NCBI GenBank assembly: GCA_945870025.1
Contig: CAMBQN010000002.1
Span: 6,994 to 70,993 of the forward strand
Source of the DNA: Akkermansia muciniphila
Lineage (GTDB): Bacteria; Verrucomicrobiota; Kiritimatiellia; RFP12; JAAYNR01
Length of the DNA stretch: 64,000 nucleotides
Direction of reading: 5' to 3'
The notes beneath the pieces were generated by a model. It was not told the DNA's origin. It did no database searches and saw only the letters and a program-made list of their open reading frames with translations. The translations under genes and the position numbers were made by a program. Positions 53,298 through 62,247 of this stretch are shown here, piece by piece (positions within the stretch are counted from its first letter, which is position 1; each line of letters starts with the position of its first letter).

Positions 53298-55328
53298 ATG
53301 GATTTCAAACGGATAGGCGAGCCGCTTTTTGCGCAGGACCCCACGGGGCGGCCGCTGTCGCGCGTGGGGACGGTTTTTCTGCGCACGCCGGGGCTGGTCA
53401 CCCTGCCGGGCGTGCATGCCATGCAACGGCTGGCTTGGGTCGACGGTCTCAACGCCGATCGGGCCGCCGCCGGCGCGCCGCCGCTCTCCGAGACGGAGCA
53501 AGACGCCGAATTCGACGCCTCCGTGGATCTGCTCCTGGAGGGAAGCACCGTCCTGATCCGCCCCGATCCTTCACGCATGGATCTTGCCTTTCTGGCCGAC
53601 GATTTTCTGCAGACGTTTGTCTCCAAGCGACGCATCCGTTTTCTCAACACGGCCAACGAGACGATTCGGGAAGCTCTCCGCAGGCGTGGCGAAAACTGGC
53701 GCATGAGCCCCCTGCCGCAGACCCAGGAGGAAATCATCGCCCTGATTGCCGACGCCCGCACCGCCATTGAGAACGTCCCCGTCTACTACTACAACCGTGT
53801 CGCCGGCACCCGTTACCTCACCTGCGAATCCTTCCGCTGGCTGGCCGCGCTGGATGACGCCACCTTCCGATCGCAGCTCGACGAGATCGCGCGCTTTAGC
53901 ACCCGGCGCAATCGCCTCGGGCATTCTGAGATCGACGTCTTTCCGCCCGGCTGCCCGTTTGATCGCGCCGCCTTTGCGGCGCTCGCCCCGACGGGCGATG
54001 CGTCATCCGCCGAGCTGCGCCGCCGCCATGCGACGCTCGCGTCGGACTACGAGGCAGCCGTGCCGCCGATCCTCCGGGCGGACGCCCCCGGGGCGCCCGA
54101 GTGGCGCCGGGCGATGTGCGCCGCGTTGGTCAAACAGCCGAATGCAGCCGTTTCGGACGAGATCGTCAGCGGCCTCTCCGCCGAGTTCTACCTGCAGATC
54201 GAATGGCTCCCCGGCGCGCGCATCGAGGACGGCGAACTGATTTTTGATCCGCTCTTCGACGAATGCGCCGCCCGGCCGGACGACGCCGAGTTGCGCGCTC
54301 TGTGCGATTTTCGCGCGCGCGGCATGATTTTCAATTACGTGCGCGAATTCCGCGAGATCGAATACATCAACATCGGCCGGATATCCCGTTCCCTGTCGCG
54401 CCGCGTCACCACCTCCCGGCGACCCACGGTCTACATCGCCGAGGTTCAGCACGCCCACGCCGACAAGCCGGTCGTTCGCATCCTCCGTCTGCAGAAATGG
54501 GGCATCGCCGAACATCTGGACGAAGGAAAGGACCTGCTGCAGTCGATCATCGAGGCCGAAACCTACACCGACTACATCCTCGACCGCCGTCTCGGCTGTC
54601 AGCAACTCGGTATGAGCCTGCCGCCGCAGATTGTCGCCCGCCGCATCAACGAGACCTACACCGGGACGAATGCGCGCTACGTCGGCCAGACCTACTGGCT
54701 CACGTACCTCGAGCGGCCCTACCTGTACGGGTGGACTTCGGCCAAGATTCCGCCGCACCACTATGCGAATACGGAATTTAATCGTCGGCTGGCGGCCCTT
54801 CTCGGTGCAGCGGCCGCGACCAATCTGATTCTCGGGCGCACTCGGGTTGACAGCGCCAACGTCCTGTTTGACGACGGCGACGAGATCGTTCTGTTTGATG
54901 CCGATGGGCTGCCTCAGAGCTTGGTGGTTGCCGACCACACCGGGACGTTTTCGCACTACCTGGGGCCCCTGGCGGATCTGGCGTCCGCCTATGCTGCGCC
55001 GGTCAACTGGCGTGCGGGACTCATGCCCAATGCGAGCGAGTTTGCCGTGTGTTATCTGGCCGCCTTCGTCGAACGTTTCGATTACACACGCGGGGAATAC
55101 CTCCGGCGCAAACGGGCGTTTGACACACTCTTCATCCACCGCGCCCGCGACGTGGCCGGCAGTTTCGCTTACCGCTGGGAATGCGTCCTCAACCGCCTCG
55201 CGGCCACCCCTTCCGGGCCGCTCGCGGCGGTGATCCGAAATCAAATCACGGCCGTTGACCACACCCTTTTGAATTCTCTTTCACCCCCACCCCAGGAGCA
55301 TCCATCATGCAAAGCATCCCCGTCCTGA
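53298..55328 (+). CDS. Large hypothetical protein with possible atypical kinase-like C-terminal domain
   Basis: Long ORF with coding-like composition; NLILGR...NVLFD...VVADHTGTF; overlaps the thyA start. Confidence 0.75.
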   Translation: MDFKRIGEPLFAQDPTGRPLSRVGTVFLRTPGLVTLPGVHAMQRLAWVDGLNADRAAAGAPPLSETEQDAEFDASVDLLLEGSTVLIRPDPSRMDLAFLADDFLQTFVSKRRIRFLNTANETIREALRRRGENWRMSPLPQTQEEIIALIADARTAIENVPVYYYNRVAGTRYLTCESFRWLAALDDATFRSQLDEIARFSTRRNRLGHSEIDVFPPGCPFDRAAFAALAPTGDASSAELRRRHATLASDYEAAVPPILRADAPGAPEWRRAMCAALVKQPNAAVSDEIVSGLSAEFYLQIEWLPGARIEDGELIFDPLFDECAARPDDAELRALCDFRARGMIFNYVREFREIEYINIGRISRSLSRRVTTSRRPTVYIAEVQHAHADKPVVRILRLQKWGIAEHLDEGKDLLQSIIEAETYTDYILDRRLGCQQLGMSLPPQIVARRINETYTGTNARYVGQTYWLTYLERPYLYGWTSAKIPPHHYANTEFNRRLAALLGAAAATNLILGRTRVDSANVLFDDGDEIVLFDADGLPQSLVVADHTGTFSHYLGPLADLASAYAAPVNWRAGLMPNASEFAVCYLAAFVERFDYTRGEYLRRKRAFDTLFIHRARDVAGSFAYRWECVLNRLAATPSGPLAAVIRNQITAVDHTLLNSLSPPPQEHPSCKASPS

Positions 55329-56200
55329 CTGTCCGCGGCGGTTCGCTCGCCGAAGCCTACGAGCGCGCCCTGATTGCCCTGTACCACGGCGGCATCCGTC
55401 TCCGCACGCAGTACGACAAACCTGGCGCCCCGTTGAGCCTTGATGCCACGATGAACATCACCATCGACGACCCGCTGGCCGATCCCATGATTCACAAGGC
55501 CTTCCCCGGCGGACTTCCCGACCTGCGCGAATATGTCTACGAGCTGGAAGGACGCAAGGATCACTGGGTCAAGGCGATCAACGATCCCGCCGACACCCGT
55601 TGGGAGTACACCTATCACGGCCGCCTGCAGAACTATGGCCAATGGAAAGAGCGCGGCGCCGACGGGAAAAACCAGTTTGTCGGCCCTTTTCAGGTCGACC
55701 AGATCGCCTACGTCATCGACAAGCTCGTCGCGCAGCCCTTCACCCGGCAGGCGCAGATGATCACCTGGATGCCGAATCATGACCTCGCCTGCTACGACCC
55801 GCCGTGCCTGCAGTCGCTCTGGTATCGCATTCTGGAGGACGACACCGGCGTACAGTGGCTCAACGCCAACGTTCGTTTCCGTTCCAACGACGCTTGGGGC
55901 GCGAACTTCATGAACATGTTTGGCTTCATCCAGTTCAATCAGACCCTCATCGCCGCCGAGATCGCGCGCCGCACCGGCAAGCCGGTGCGCCTCGCGCGCA
56001 TGAACTGGCAGGCCGATTCCTATCACATCTACGGCAAGGATATCGAACAGGCCGAGCAGAGGCTCTTCAGCCGTCTGGAAACGACCGCGTTCGACGACCG
56101 GATCTACCATTTCCACGACCCGGCCATCACCGAGATGTACCACGAGGAGGAGGCCGCCATCCTGCGCAAGATCGACGAGATGTCGCAGCGGATGGGCTGA
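55307..56200 (+). CDS. thyA: Thymidylate synthase, archaeal/methanogen-type ThyA
   Basis: YTYHGRL, DQI, TRQAQMITW, PPCL (catalytic Cys), FRSND, conserved Asn in FMNMF, SYHIY; CAGGAG RBS. Confidence 0.85.
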   Translation: MQSIPVLTVRGGSLAEAYERALIALYHGGIRLRTQYDKPGAPLSLDATMNITIDDPLADPMIHKAFPGGLPDLREYVYELEGRKDHWVKAINDPADTRWEYTYHGRLQNYGQWKERGADGKNQFVGPFQVDQIAYVIDKLVAQPFTRQAQMITWMPNHDLACYDPPCLQSLWYRILEDDTGVQWLNANVRFRSNDAWGANFMNMFGFIQFNQTLIAAEIARRTGKPVRLARMNWQADSYHIYGKDIEQAEQRLFSRLETTAFDDRIYHFHDPAITEMYHEEEAAILRKIDEMSQRMG

Positions 56201-56205
56201 CCTCA

Positions 56206-56355
56206 GAGGCGCATGCAAAACCCTTGCAAGCGCCGGTTTCAGGTTTCAGTGTTCAGGTTTCAGAAAACGCGCAACTCACTGTGGTTGAGCGAGCGACTAC
56301 CTGACACCTGACACCTGAACACTCCGCCTGCAAAACAGGGTTTTGCAGGCGGCTC
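56206..56355. mobile_element. MITE/REPIN-like palindromic element with heptamer arms (copy C)
   Basis: Ends GAGGCGCATGCAAAACCCT and AGGGTTTTGCAGGCGGCTC (17/19 inverted match); internal CAGGTTT/CAGTGTT repeats versus CCTGACA repeats; lies between convergent thyA and rhaB. Confidence 0.65.
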
Positions 56356-56356
56356 C

Positions 56357-57874
56357 TCACCCCTGTGCGCGGGCGATGAGCGCCAGGAAACGGGCGGAAG
56401 CGGCGTTCCAGACGGCGGTGTCGCCGGGCTGGAAGGTCTTGATCGGGAAGGCGGCGCGGATGAGCGGCTGCGCCTCGGCCATGGAACGGATGACCCCCAG
56501 TGCCATGGCCTGAACCATGAGGTTGCCCACGGCGGTTCCCTCCTGCGGGCCGGCGTGGACCGGCACGCCGATGGCGTCGGCGGTGAATTGGTTGAGCATC
56601 GCGTTGCCGCTGCCGCCGCCCACGATGTGGACCGCTCGCGTCGGCGTGCCGCAGATCGCGCAGATCTGGTCGTTCACCAACCGGTACTTCAACGCCAAAC
56701 TCTCGTAGACGATGCGAAGCGTCGTGCCGCGATCGGCCGGCTGCCGCTGGCCGGTCTCGGCTAGAAAGGCGCGGATGGCATCCTCCATGTTGGCCGGATT
56801 GTAGAAGCGGGCATTGTCGGGGTCAATGAAGGCGCTGAAGGCGGGCGCGGTGGGGGTGATCGCGTCGACCTCGGACCATCCCAGTCGGCGGCCGTCGGCG
56901 GCTTCCCAACCCCGGAGCAATTCCTGAACGATCCAGGTGCCCATGCAATTCTTGAGGAACCGGGTGTTGCCAATGCCCCCCTCGTTGCTGATGTTCGCGG
57001 CCATCGCTTCGTCATTCGTGATCGGTTTGCCGACGAGCCGGCCGACCAGTGACCACGTTCCCGAACTGATGATGAGGGCGTGCCGCGCATCCGTGACCGG
57101 GGCCGCCGCAAAGGCGCTGGCCGTGTCGTGCGAGCCGACGGCCACGATGGCGGCTTCGTTCAGACCGAGCACGCCGGCGAGCGGCGGGCGCAACGCTCCG
57201 ATCACCGTACTTGGGGCCACGATCGGGGGCATGATCCGCGCCGGGATCTTCAGTGCGCGCAGCACTTCACGGGACCATTTCCGCCGCTTGGCGTCCATGA
57301 GCTGCGTCACGCTCGCCCACGAGGAGTCCACCGCCGTGCAACCCCCGAGATAGAAATTGAACAGTGCTGGAATGGGGAGGAATTGAGCGGTGAGCTTCAG
57401 CAGCTCCGGCCGCCGCGTGGCGAACCAGCGCAACTGGTTGCTCATGTTGAAGGGTTGGAAGTGGATGCCGGTGATTCCGTACAGCCGACGCGCGTCGATG
57501 CACGCCTTGACCTCGTCGCACATCGTGTCGAGCCGGTGATCACGGTAACAATGGGTTTTGCCCAGCAACTCGCCGTCCGCGCTCAAAAAGGCGCCATCCG
57601 CGCCCCAGGTGTCGATGCCGATCGCGTCAAGCTGGCCGCCAAACTTCCGCTTGTAGGCCTGAAGCCCCTTGATGATGTTTTCGTAGATCCAGGTGTCATC
57701 CCAATACGTCCGCTCGGTCACGGCGCCCGCCCGGTCAGCCAGAAAGAACGACGTGCCGCCATGCGCGAAACGATGAACCTCCTCCATGCGGAAGCCGCCG
57801 CCCTCCGCAAAGATGCCCGCAAAACACTTGCCGCCCGAAGCGCCCAGATCGACTGCCAACACCTTGATTTCCAT
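56357..57874 (-). CDS. rhaB: Rhamnulokinase / FGGY-family sugar kinase
   Basis: LAVDLGASGG, GIDTWGAD, SHDTASA, ISSGTWSL, SNEGG, IVGGGS. Confidence 0.85.
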   Translation of the reverse strand: MEIKVLAVDLGASGGKCFAGIFAEGGGFRMEEVHRFAHGGTSFFLADRAGAVTERTYWDDTWIYENIIKGLQAYKRKFGGQLDAIGIDTWGADGAFLSADGELLGKTHCYRDHRLDTMCDEVKACIDARRLYGITGIHFQPFNMSNQLRWFATRRPELLKLTAQFLPIPALFNFYLGGCTAVDSSWASVTQLMDAKRRKWSREVLRALKIPARIMPPIVAPSTVIGALRPPLAGVLGLNEAAIVAVGSHDTASAFAAAPVTDARHALIISSGTWSLVGRLVGKPITNDEAMAANISNEGGIGNTRFLKNCMGTWIVQELLRGWEAADGRRLGWSEVDAITPTAPAFSAFIDPDNARFYNPANMEDAIRAFLAETGQRQPADRGTTLRIVYESLALKYRLVNDQICAICGTPTRAVHIVGGGSGNAMLNQFTADAIGVPVHAGPQEGTAVGNLMVQAMALGVIRSMAEAQPLIRAAFPIKTFQPGDTAVWNAASARFLALIARAQG

Positions 57875-57971
57875 AGACTCTCCTTAATCAAAAGAATGAC
57901 GCAGTTTATCACGGTTCGTCGTCAACCGCAACCGCAACCGCCCCGACACCTCAACCGCCCCCAAACCATCC

Positions 57972-58110
57972 AGCAATTCTAATTATGGCACATCTGTACA
58001 GTCGAAATCGAAATCGCTATCGCTATCGGGATCGAATTCCTTGCTTTCTCATCGATTTCGGTCCCGATCCCGATTTGGATCCCGATAGCGGCTGCCATAA
58101 TTAGAATTGC
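57972..58110. mobile_element. MITE/REPIN-like palindromic element (copy B) with flanking direct repeat
   Basis: Perfect 18-bp inverted ends GCAATTCTAATTATGGCA and TGCCATAATTAGAATTGC; internal ATCGNN hexamers and their complements; CCCCAAACCATCC on both sides (57959-57971, 58111-58123). Confidence 0.8.
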
Positions 58111-58123
58111 CCCCAAACCATCC

Positions 58124-58152
58124 TTGACCTCTGCTTGCCAGAGTGCTACAAT
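58124..58152 (+). promoter_or_regulatory. Sigma70-like promoter of the GT4 gene
   Basis: TTGACC-N17-TACAAT with extended -10 TG. Confidence 0.65.
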
Positions 58153-58198
58153 TGGGAACATTGGAGGGTGGAAAAGGATTTTTTTTGGAGATGATTTC

Positions 58199-59362
58199 AT
58201 GCGCGTGCTCCTGGTCGAAACAATCTCCGAACTGGGCGGGGCCCAGTGGAGCCTGTTCGAGTTGGTCCGCCAGCTCAAGCAGGACGGTGTCGATGTGCTC
58301 GCGTTGGTTCCCAAGGGGCCGTTGCAGGTCGCGCTGAAAGACGCGGGCGTTCCGGTCGCCTCCATTCCCTCGTTCCGGGCGCGACGCAAGCCGTTGGCCC
58401 TGTTGGCTCAGTTCTTTAGGGGCGTGAACGAAACCGCGCAGATCCACAAGGCCGTCTGGAGATTCAAACCGGACATCATCCACGCTAACTCGATTACCGC
58501 CGGACTGCTCTCCTTGTCTCTGGCCCGCAGCCGGGCGCTCGTCTGTCATGTCCGCGACCTCCGTTTTCCGGTCAAGCCGATGAGCCGGATCGCGCGGAAG
58601 GCGCGGCGGATTGTGGCGGCATCCGACTCCATCGACAATTCCTTGAGCGAATTCCTGCGCGGTTCGTCGCGCAGCCGGCTGGTCCGCGTCGTGAACGGCA
58701 TCGACATCGGCCGCTTTGCGCCGTGTGACCCCGCTCAAGCGCGTCACGCCTTCGGACTGCCCCCTGGCGTGCCGGTCATCGGCATGATCGCGCATCTGAC
58801 GCCGTGGAAGCGTCACGAGGTCTTCATTGAAATGGCGGCCCAAATCGCCCAAAAAAGCCCCGACGCCCATTTTGTCATCGTCGGGCGCGATCTGCTGGGC
58901 GAAAATAAAGCCTATCGCAAAGCACTTCGTCAGCGCGTCACATCCCGAGGCCTCGATGCCGCGTTCCATTGGCTCGAAGAGGTGGGCGACGTGCGCGAGG
59001 TTCTTCAGGCCATGGATGTCCTGGTCCACCCGCCCCACGACGAGCCGTTCGGCCGTGTCCTGTGCGAGGCGATGGCCATGCGCAGACCGGTCGTTGCCGT
59101 CCGGAAAAACGGTCCGGCATCCATCGTCGAACACGGGGTGAGCGGCCTGCTGGTGAGCGCCCCTAAGTCGGAACCGTTCGCGCAAGCGGTGCTCCATCTG
59201 CTGAATAACCCTGCGCAAGCCAAAGCCATGGGCGAAGCGGGACGGCAGCGGATCATCGACCAGTTTGACATCACCCGAACCGCCAGTCAGATGCGCATCG
59301 TTTACCAGGCGGCTTTCAACGATTTTGAGATGGAACGCCGGGCGCGCACGAATCAACCCTAG
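58199..59362 (+). CDS. GT4 glycosyltransferase
   Basis: GGAQ, HAN, NGID, WKRH, EPFGRVLCEAMAM. Confidence 0.9.
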   Translation: MRVLLVETISELGGAQWSLFELVRQLKQDGVDVLALVPKGPLQVALKDAGVPVASIPSFRARRKPLALLAQFFRGVNETAQIHKAVWRFKPDIIHANSITAGLLSLSLARSRALVCHVRDLRFPVKPMSRIARKARRIVAASDSIDNSLSEFLRGSSRSRLVRVVNGIDIGRFAPCDPAQARHAFGLPPGVPVIGMIAHLTPWKRHEVFIEMAAQIAQKSPDAHFVIVGRDLLGENKAYRKALRQRVTSRGLDAAFHWLEEVGDVREVLQAMDVLVHPPHDEPFGRVLCEAMAMRRPVVAVRKNGPASIVEHGVSGLLVSAPKSEPFAQAVLHLLNNPAQAKAMGEAGRQRIIDQFDITRTASQMRIVYQAAFNDFEMERRARTNQP

Positions 59363-60165
59363 TGCCCATGCCCCAGCCACGCCACCGAGGCCGCGCCCGC
59401 GCACAGACAGTAAATAGCAAAATGCCAGAACCGGCCGCGACACAACAGCCGCACTAGGATCCCGATCGCCGCGTAACCAACTCCCGCCGCCACGCACGCC
59501 CCGACGATGTAATGCGCCAGTCCCAGCGTGCCGCCGCCAGCGTTTGGCGCGGTATGAAGGAAATCCGCAGCCACGGCGCCGAGCAGTATCGGAATCGACA
59601 TCAGAAATGAAAACTCGGCCGCCTGATCCGGACGCACGCCCAGATGGCGCGCCACGGTGATCGTGCTTCCCGCCCGACTGATGCCCGGCAAAATGGCCAC
59701 CGCCTGCATGCAGCCGATCCACCAAGCTTGCCACGGCGTCACCGGCCCGTCTTTCGCGCGCCGGGCGAACTTCACCGACAGCAACAGGCCTCCCGTCACC
59801 AACAGCAGCCACGAAGCCGCGACCGCCGCCTGCCGCTGATCGCCGAACAGGGCGTCGAGCTGATCGCCAAACACAACCCATGCCACAACGGCCGGAACCG
59901 CCGACAACGCTAGCAATCCACCTGTCAACCAGGCCGCGCGTGATCCCGTCAAGGCCCCCATCACGATCTCCGTCAGCCGTTTGCGGTAGAACGCCACCAC
60001 CGCCACCAGCGTTCCGAGATGCAGCACCACTTCGAAATGGACACCGGGAGCGTTCAAGCCGAGCAGCTCCTTGCCGATGAGGAGGTGCGCCGAACTACTG
60101 ACGGGCAGAAACTCGGTCACGCCCTGGACAACCGCCAGAATCAACACGCTGATCCAATCGTGCAT
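59359..60165 (-). CDS. uppP: Undecaprenyl-diphosphate phosphatase
   Basis: VQGVTEFLPVSSSAH, PGISRAGST, EFSFLMSIP. Confidence 0.93.
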   Translation of the reverse strand: MHDWISVLILAVVQGVTEFLPVSSSAHLLIGKELLGLNAPGVHFEVVLHLGTLVAVVAFYRKRLTEIVMGALTGSRAAWLTGGLLALSAVPAVVAWVVFGDQLDALFGDQRQAAVAASWLLLVTGGLLLSVKFARRAKDGPVTPWQAWWIGCMQAVAILPGISRAGSTITVARHLGVRPDQAAEFSFLMSIPILLGAVAADFLHTAPNAGGGTLGLAHYIVGACVAAGVGYAAIGILVRLLCRGRFWHFAIYCLCAGAASVAWLGHGH

Positions 60166-60176
60166 ACCCCCCCAAT

Positions 60177-60206
60177 AAAAAAGCCGCGTCCCGTGACGCG
60201 GCTTTT
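60177..60206 (-). terminator. Rho-independent terminator after tRNA-Asp
   Basis: Minus strand AAAAGCCGCGTC-ACGG-GACGCGGC-TTTTTT. Confidence 0.8.
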
Positions 60207-60223
60207 GGAAGCTTCTTGAAAAT

Positions 60224-60300
60224 TGGCGGGAGCGACGGGGCTCGAACCCGCAACTTCCGGATCGACAGTCCGGTACGCTAACCAATTGCGCCACGCCCCC
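60224..60300 (-). tRNA. tRNA-Asp(GTC)
   Basis: GGGGGCGTGGCGCAATTGGTTAGCGTACCGGACTGTCGATCCGGAAGTTGCGGGTTCGAGCCCCGTCGCTCCCGCCA folds as a cloverleaf with anticodon GTC and encoded CCA. Confidence 0.97.
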
Positions 60301-60316
60301 GCAGAAAAGAAAGACC

Positions 60317-60345
60317 ACTATACCGAGAGTCGCAGGATAATGCAA
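60317..60345 (-). promoter_or_regulatory. Sigma70-like promoter of tRNA-Asp
   Basis: Minus strand TTGCAT-N17-TATAGT. Confidence 0.65.
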
Positions 60346-60404
60346 GCGTGATTTTTTGAAATATCCGCTGGCCTCCCCCCGTCAGCCGTGTTATCGTCAT
60401 TCCC

Positions 60405-61712
60405 ATGGTTCCACAGTGGATGATCGAGAAGAAACGGGACGGCGGCGCGCTGAGTGCCGACGAGATCCGCGCTTTTGTTGCCGGGTATACTGCGGGCACC
60501 ATCCCCGATTACCAGATGGCAGCCCTGGCCATGGCCATTTTTTTCCGGGGCATGACGCCCGACGAAACCGCCGCGCTGACCGACGCGATGATGCGCTCGG
60601 GCGACACCCTCTCCTTTGCCGGTTGGCCCCGCCCGACGGCCGACAAGCACTCGACCGGCGGCATCGGCGACAAGATCTCGCTGGTCCTCGGCCCCCTCGC
60701 CGCCTCGGCCGGCCTGGCCGTGCCCATGATCTCGGGCCGCGGCCTCGGTCTCACCGGCGGCACCCTCGACAAACTGGAGGCGATCCCCGGCTTCAACACG
60801 CGGCTCTCGCCGGACGCTTTCCGCGCCGCCCTCTCCCGCGCCGGCTGCGCCATCATCGGCCAGACCGACCGCCTCGCCCCCGCCGACCGCAAGCTCTATG
60901 CTCTGCGTGATGTCACCGGCACCGTCCCGAGTATCCCACTCATCACCGCGAGCATTCTGTCCAAGAAACTCGCCGAGGGCGCCGTCTCCCTCGTTCTGGA
61001 TGTCAAGTGCGGCCGCGGTGCCTTCATGCGCACCCCCGAACAGGCCCGCGCATTGGCCGACAGTCTCCTCCGGGTCGGCCGCGCCCTCGGCCGTACTATG
61101 GCCGCTCTGATCACCGACATGGAGCAGCCTCTCGGTCGCACCGCGGGCAACGCACTCGAGGTGCGCGAGGCGGTCGAGGTCCTCCGCGGCGGCGGCCCCG
61201 CCGATATCCGCAGCCTGACCCTCGCCCTGACCGCCCGCATGTGTCTGCTCGCCGGCGTGGCCACGGACGCGGCGGCGGCCGAACGGGATCTCGCCGCCCA
61301 CCTCGACGACGGTCGCGCCCTGGCCGCCTTCCGCGACATGGTCGCCGCCCAGGGCGGCGACATCCGCGTGGCCGACGACCCCGGCGCGGTTTTGCCGACG
61401 GCTGCGGTGATGGAGAGTCTGTCCGCCTCCGCCGACGGCTGGGTCGCCGGTGTGGATGCCGAGATCATCGGCCGCGTCGTCCTTCAACTCGGCGCGGGCC
61501 GCCGCCGCAGCGATGACGTCATCGACCCGGCCGCCGGCGTGGACCGCCTCGTTCAGTGCGGCGACCGGGTCCGCCGCGGAGACACCCTCATGCGCCTCCA
61601 GGCCGCGACCCCCGACCTGATCGCCGCCGTCCGCGACGCCGCCCGCGGCGCGGTCCGCCTCGCCGACGCGCCGGTTACACGACCGCCCCTGATTCTCGAA
61701 ACCCTTCTATAG
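60405..61712 (+). CDS. pdp: Pyrimidine-nucleoside/thymidine phosphorylase
   Basis: DKHSTGGIGDK, SGRGLGLTGGTLDKLEAIPG, LRDVTGTV, SILSKK, DVKCGRGAFM. Confidence 0.95.
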   Translation: MVPQWMIEKKRDGGALSADEIRAFVAGYTAGTIPDYQMAALAMAIFFRGMTPDETAALTDAMMRSGDTLSFAGWPRPTADKHSTGGIGDKISLVLGPLAASAGLAVPMISGRGLGLTGGTLDKLEAIPGFNTRLSPDAFRAALSRAGCAIIGQTDRLAPADRKLYALRDVTGTVPSIPLITASILSKKLAEGAVSLVLDVKCGRGAFMRTPEQARALADSLLRVGRALGRTMAALITDMEQPLGRTAGNALEVREAVEVLRGGGPADIRSLTLALTARMCLLAGVATDAAAAERDLAAHLDDGRALAAFRDMVAAQGGDIRVADDPGAVLPTAAVMESLSASADGWVAGVDAEIIGRVVLQLGAGRRRSDDVIDPAAGVDRLVQCGDRVRRGDTLMRLQAATPDLIAAVRDAARGAVRLADAPVTRPPLILETLL

Positions 61713-61726
61713 GAAAGGTGCCGCCC

Positions 61727-62218
61727 ATGCCCACACGAAAATCGACACCCGCGCCGCCCTCGCCACGCCCGCTGGTCGCCGCCGCCCGTGAAGCCGCGAC
61801 CCGCGCACATGCCCCGTATTCCGGGTTTCGCGTCGGCGCGGCGCTGCTGACCGGGGACGGACGCATCTTCACCGGCTGCAATATCGAGAACGCCTCCTAC
61901 GGCCTCACCCTCTGCGCCGAGCGGGTCGCGCTCGCCAAGGCCGTCAGTGAAGGTGCGACGGACTTCCGCGCCCTGGCCATCGCTGGCGGTGCCGCCGACA
62001 CCCCCGCCACGCCCTGCGGCGCCTGCCGCCAGGCCCTCGCCGAATTCTGTCCGCCCCGCATGCCCGTCTGGTACGCGGGCCTGGCCGCCGGCTCCGCCCG
62101 CGCCACCACCATCCGCAAGCTCCTGCCGCACGCCTTCGCACTTGCTTGCACACGAGGCTTGTCAGCCGCGCCCGGTTGCCGTATGCTTTCCCACACAGCC
62201 GAAGGGTCGCCGACGTAG
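61727..62218 (+). CDS. cdd: Cytidine deaminase (homotetrameric type)
   Basis: APYSGFRVGAA, GCNIENASY, CAER, PCGACRQ. Confidence 0.93.
   Translation: MPTRKSTPAPPSPRPLVAAAREAATRAHAPYSGFRVGAALLTGDGRIFTGCNIENASYGLTLCAERVALAKAVSEGATDFRALAIAGGAADTPATPCGACRQALAEFCPPRMPVWYAGLAAGSARATTIRKLLPHAFALACTRGLSAAPGCRMLSHTAEGSPT
62159..62187 (+). promoter_or_regulatory. Sigma70-like promoter of dapA within the cdd 3' tail
   Basis: TTGTCA-N17-TATGCT. Confidence 0.55.
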
Positions 62219-62247
62219 CGTGGCCCGGCTGGGGAGGAATCTTCATT

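Noticed and set aside
55307-56200. Phage-type dCMP hydroxymethylase or DNA hypermodification locus
   Set aside because: The specificity residue is Asn (dUMP-type) and there are no phage or modification genes nearby; a housekeeping ThyA is more parsimonious.
60224-60300. tRNA as an integration site for a prophage or island
   Set aside because: No integrase and no duplicated tRNA 3' end were seen in the window.
60166-60345. N-terminal extension of uppP in the ORF track
   Set aside because: It runs through tRNA-Asp and its terminator; the real start is ATG 60165.
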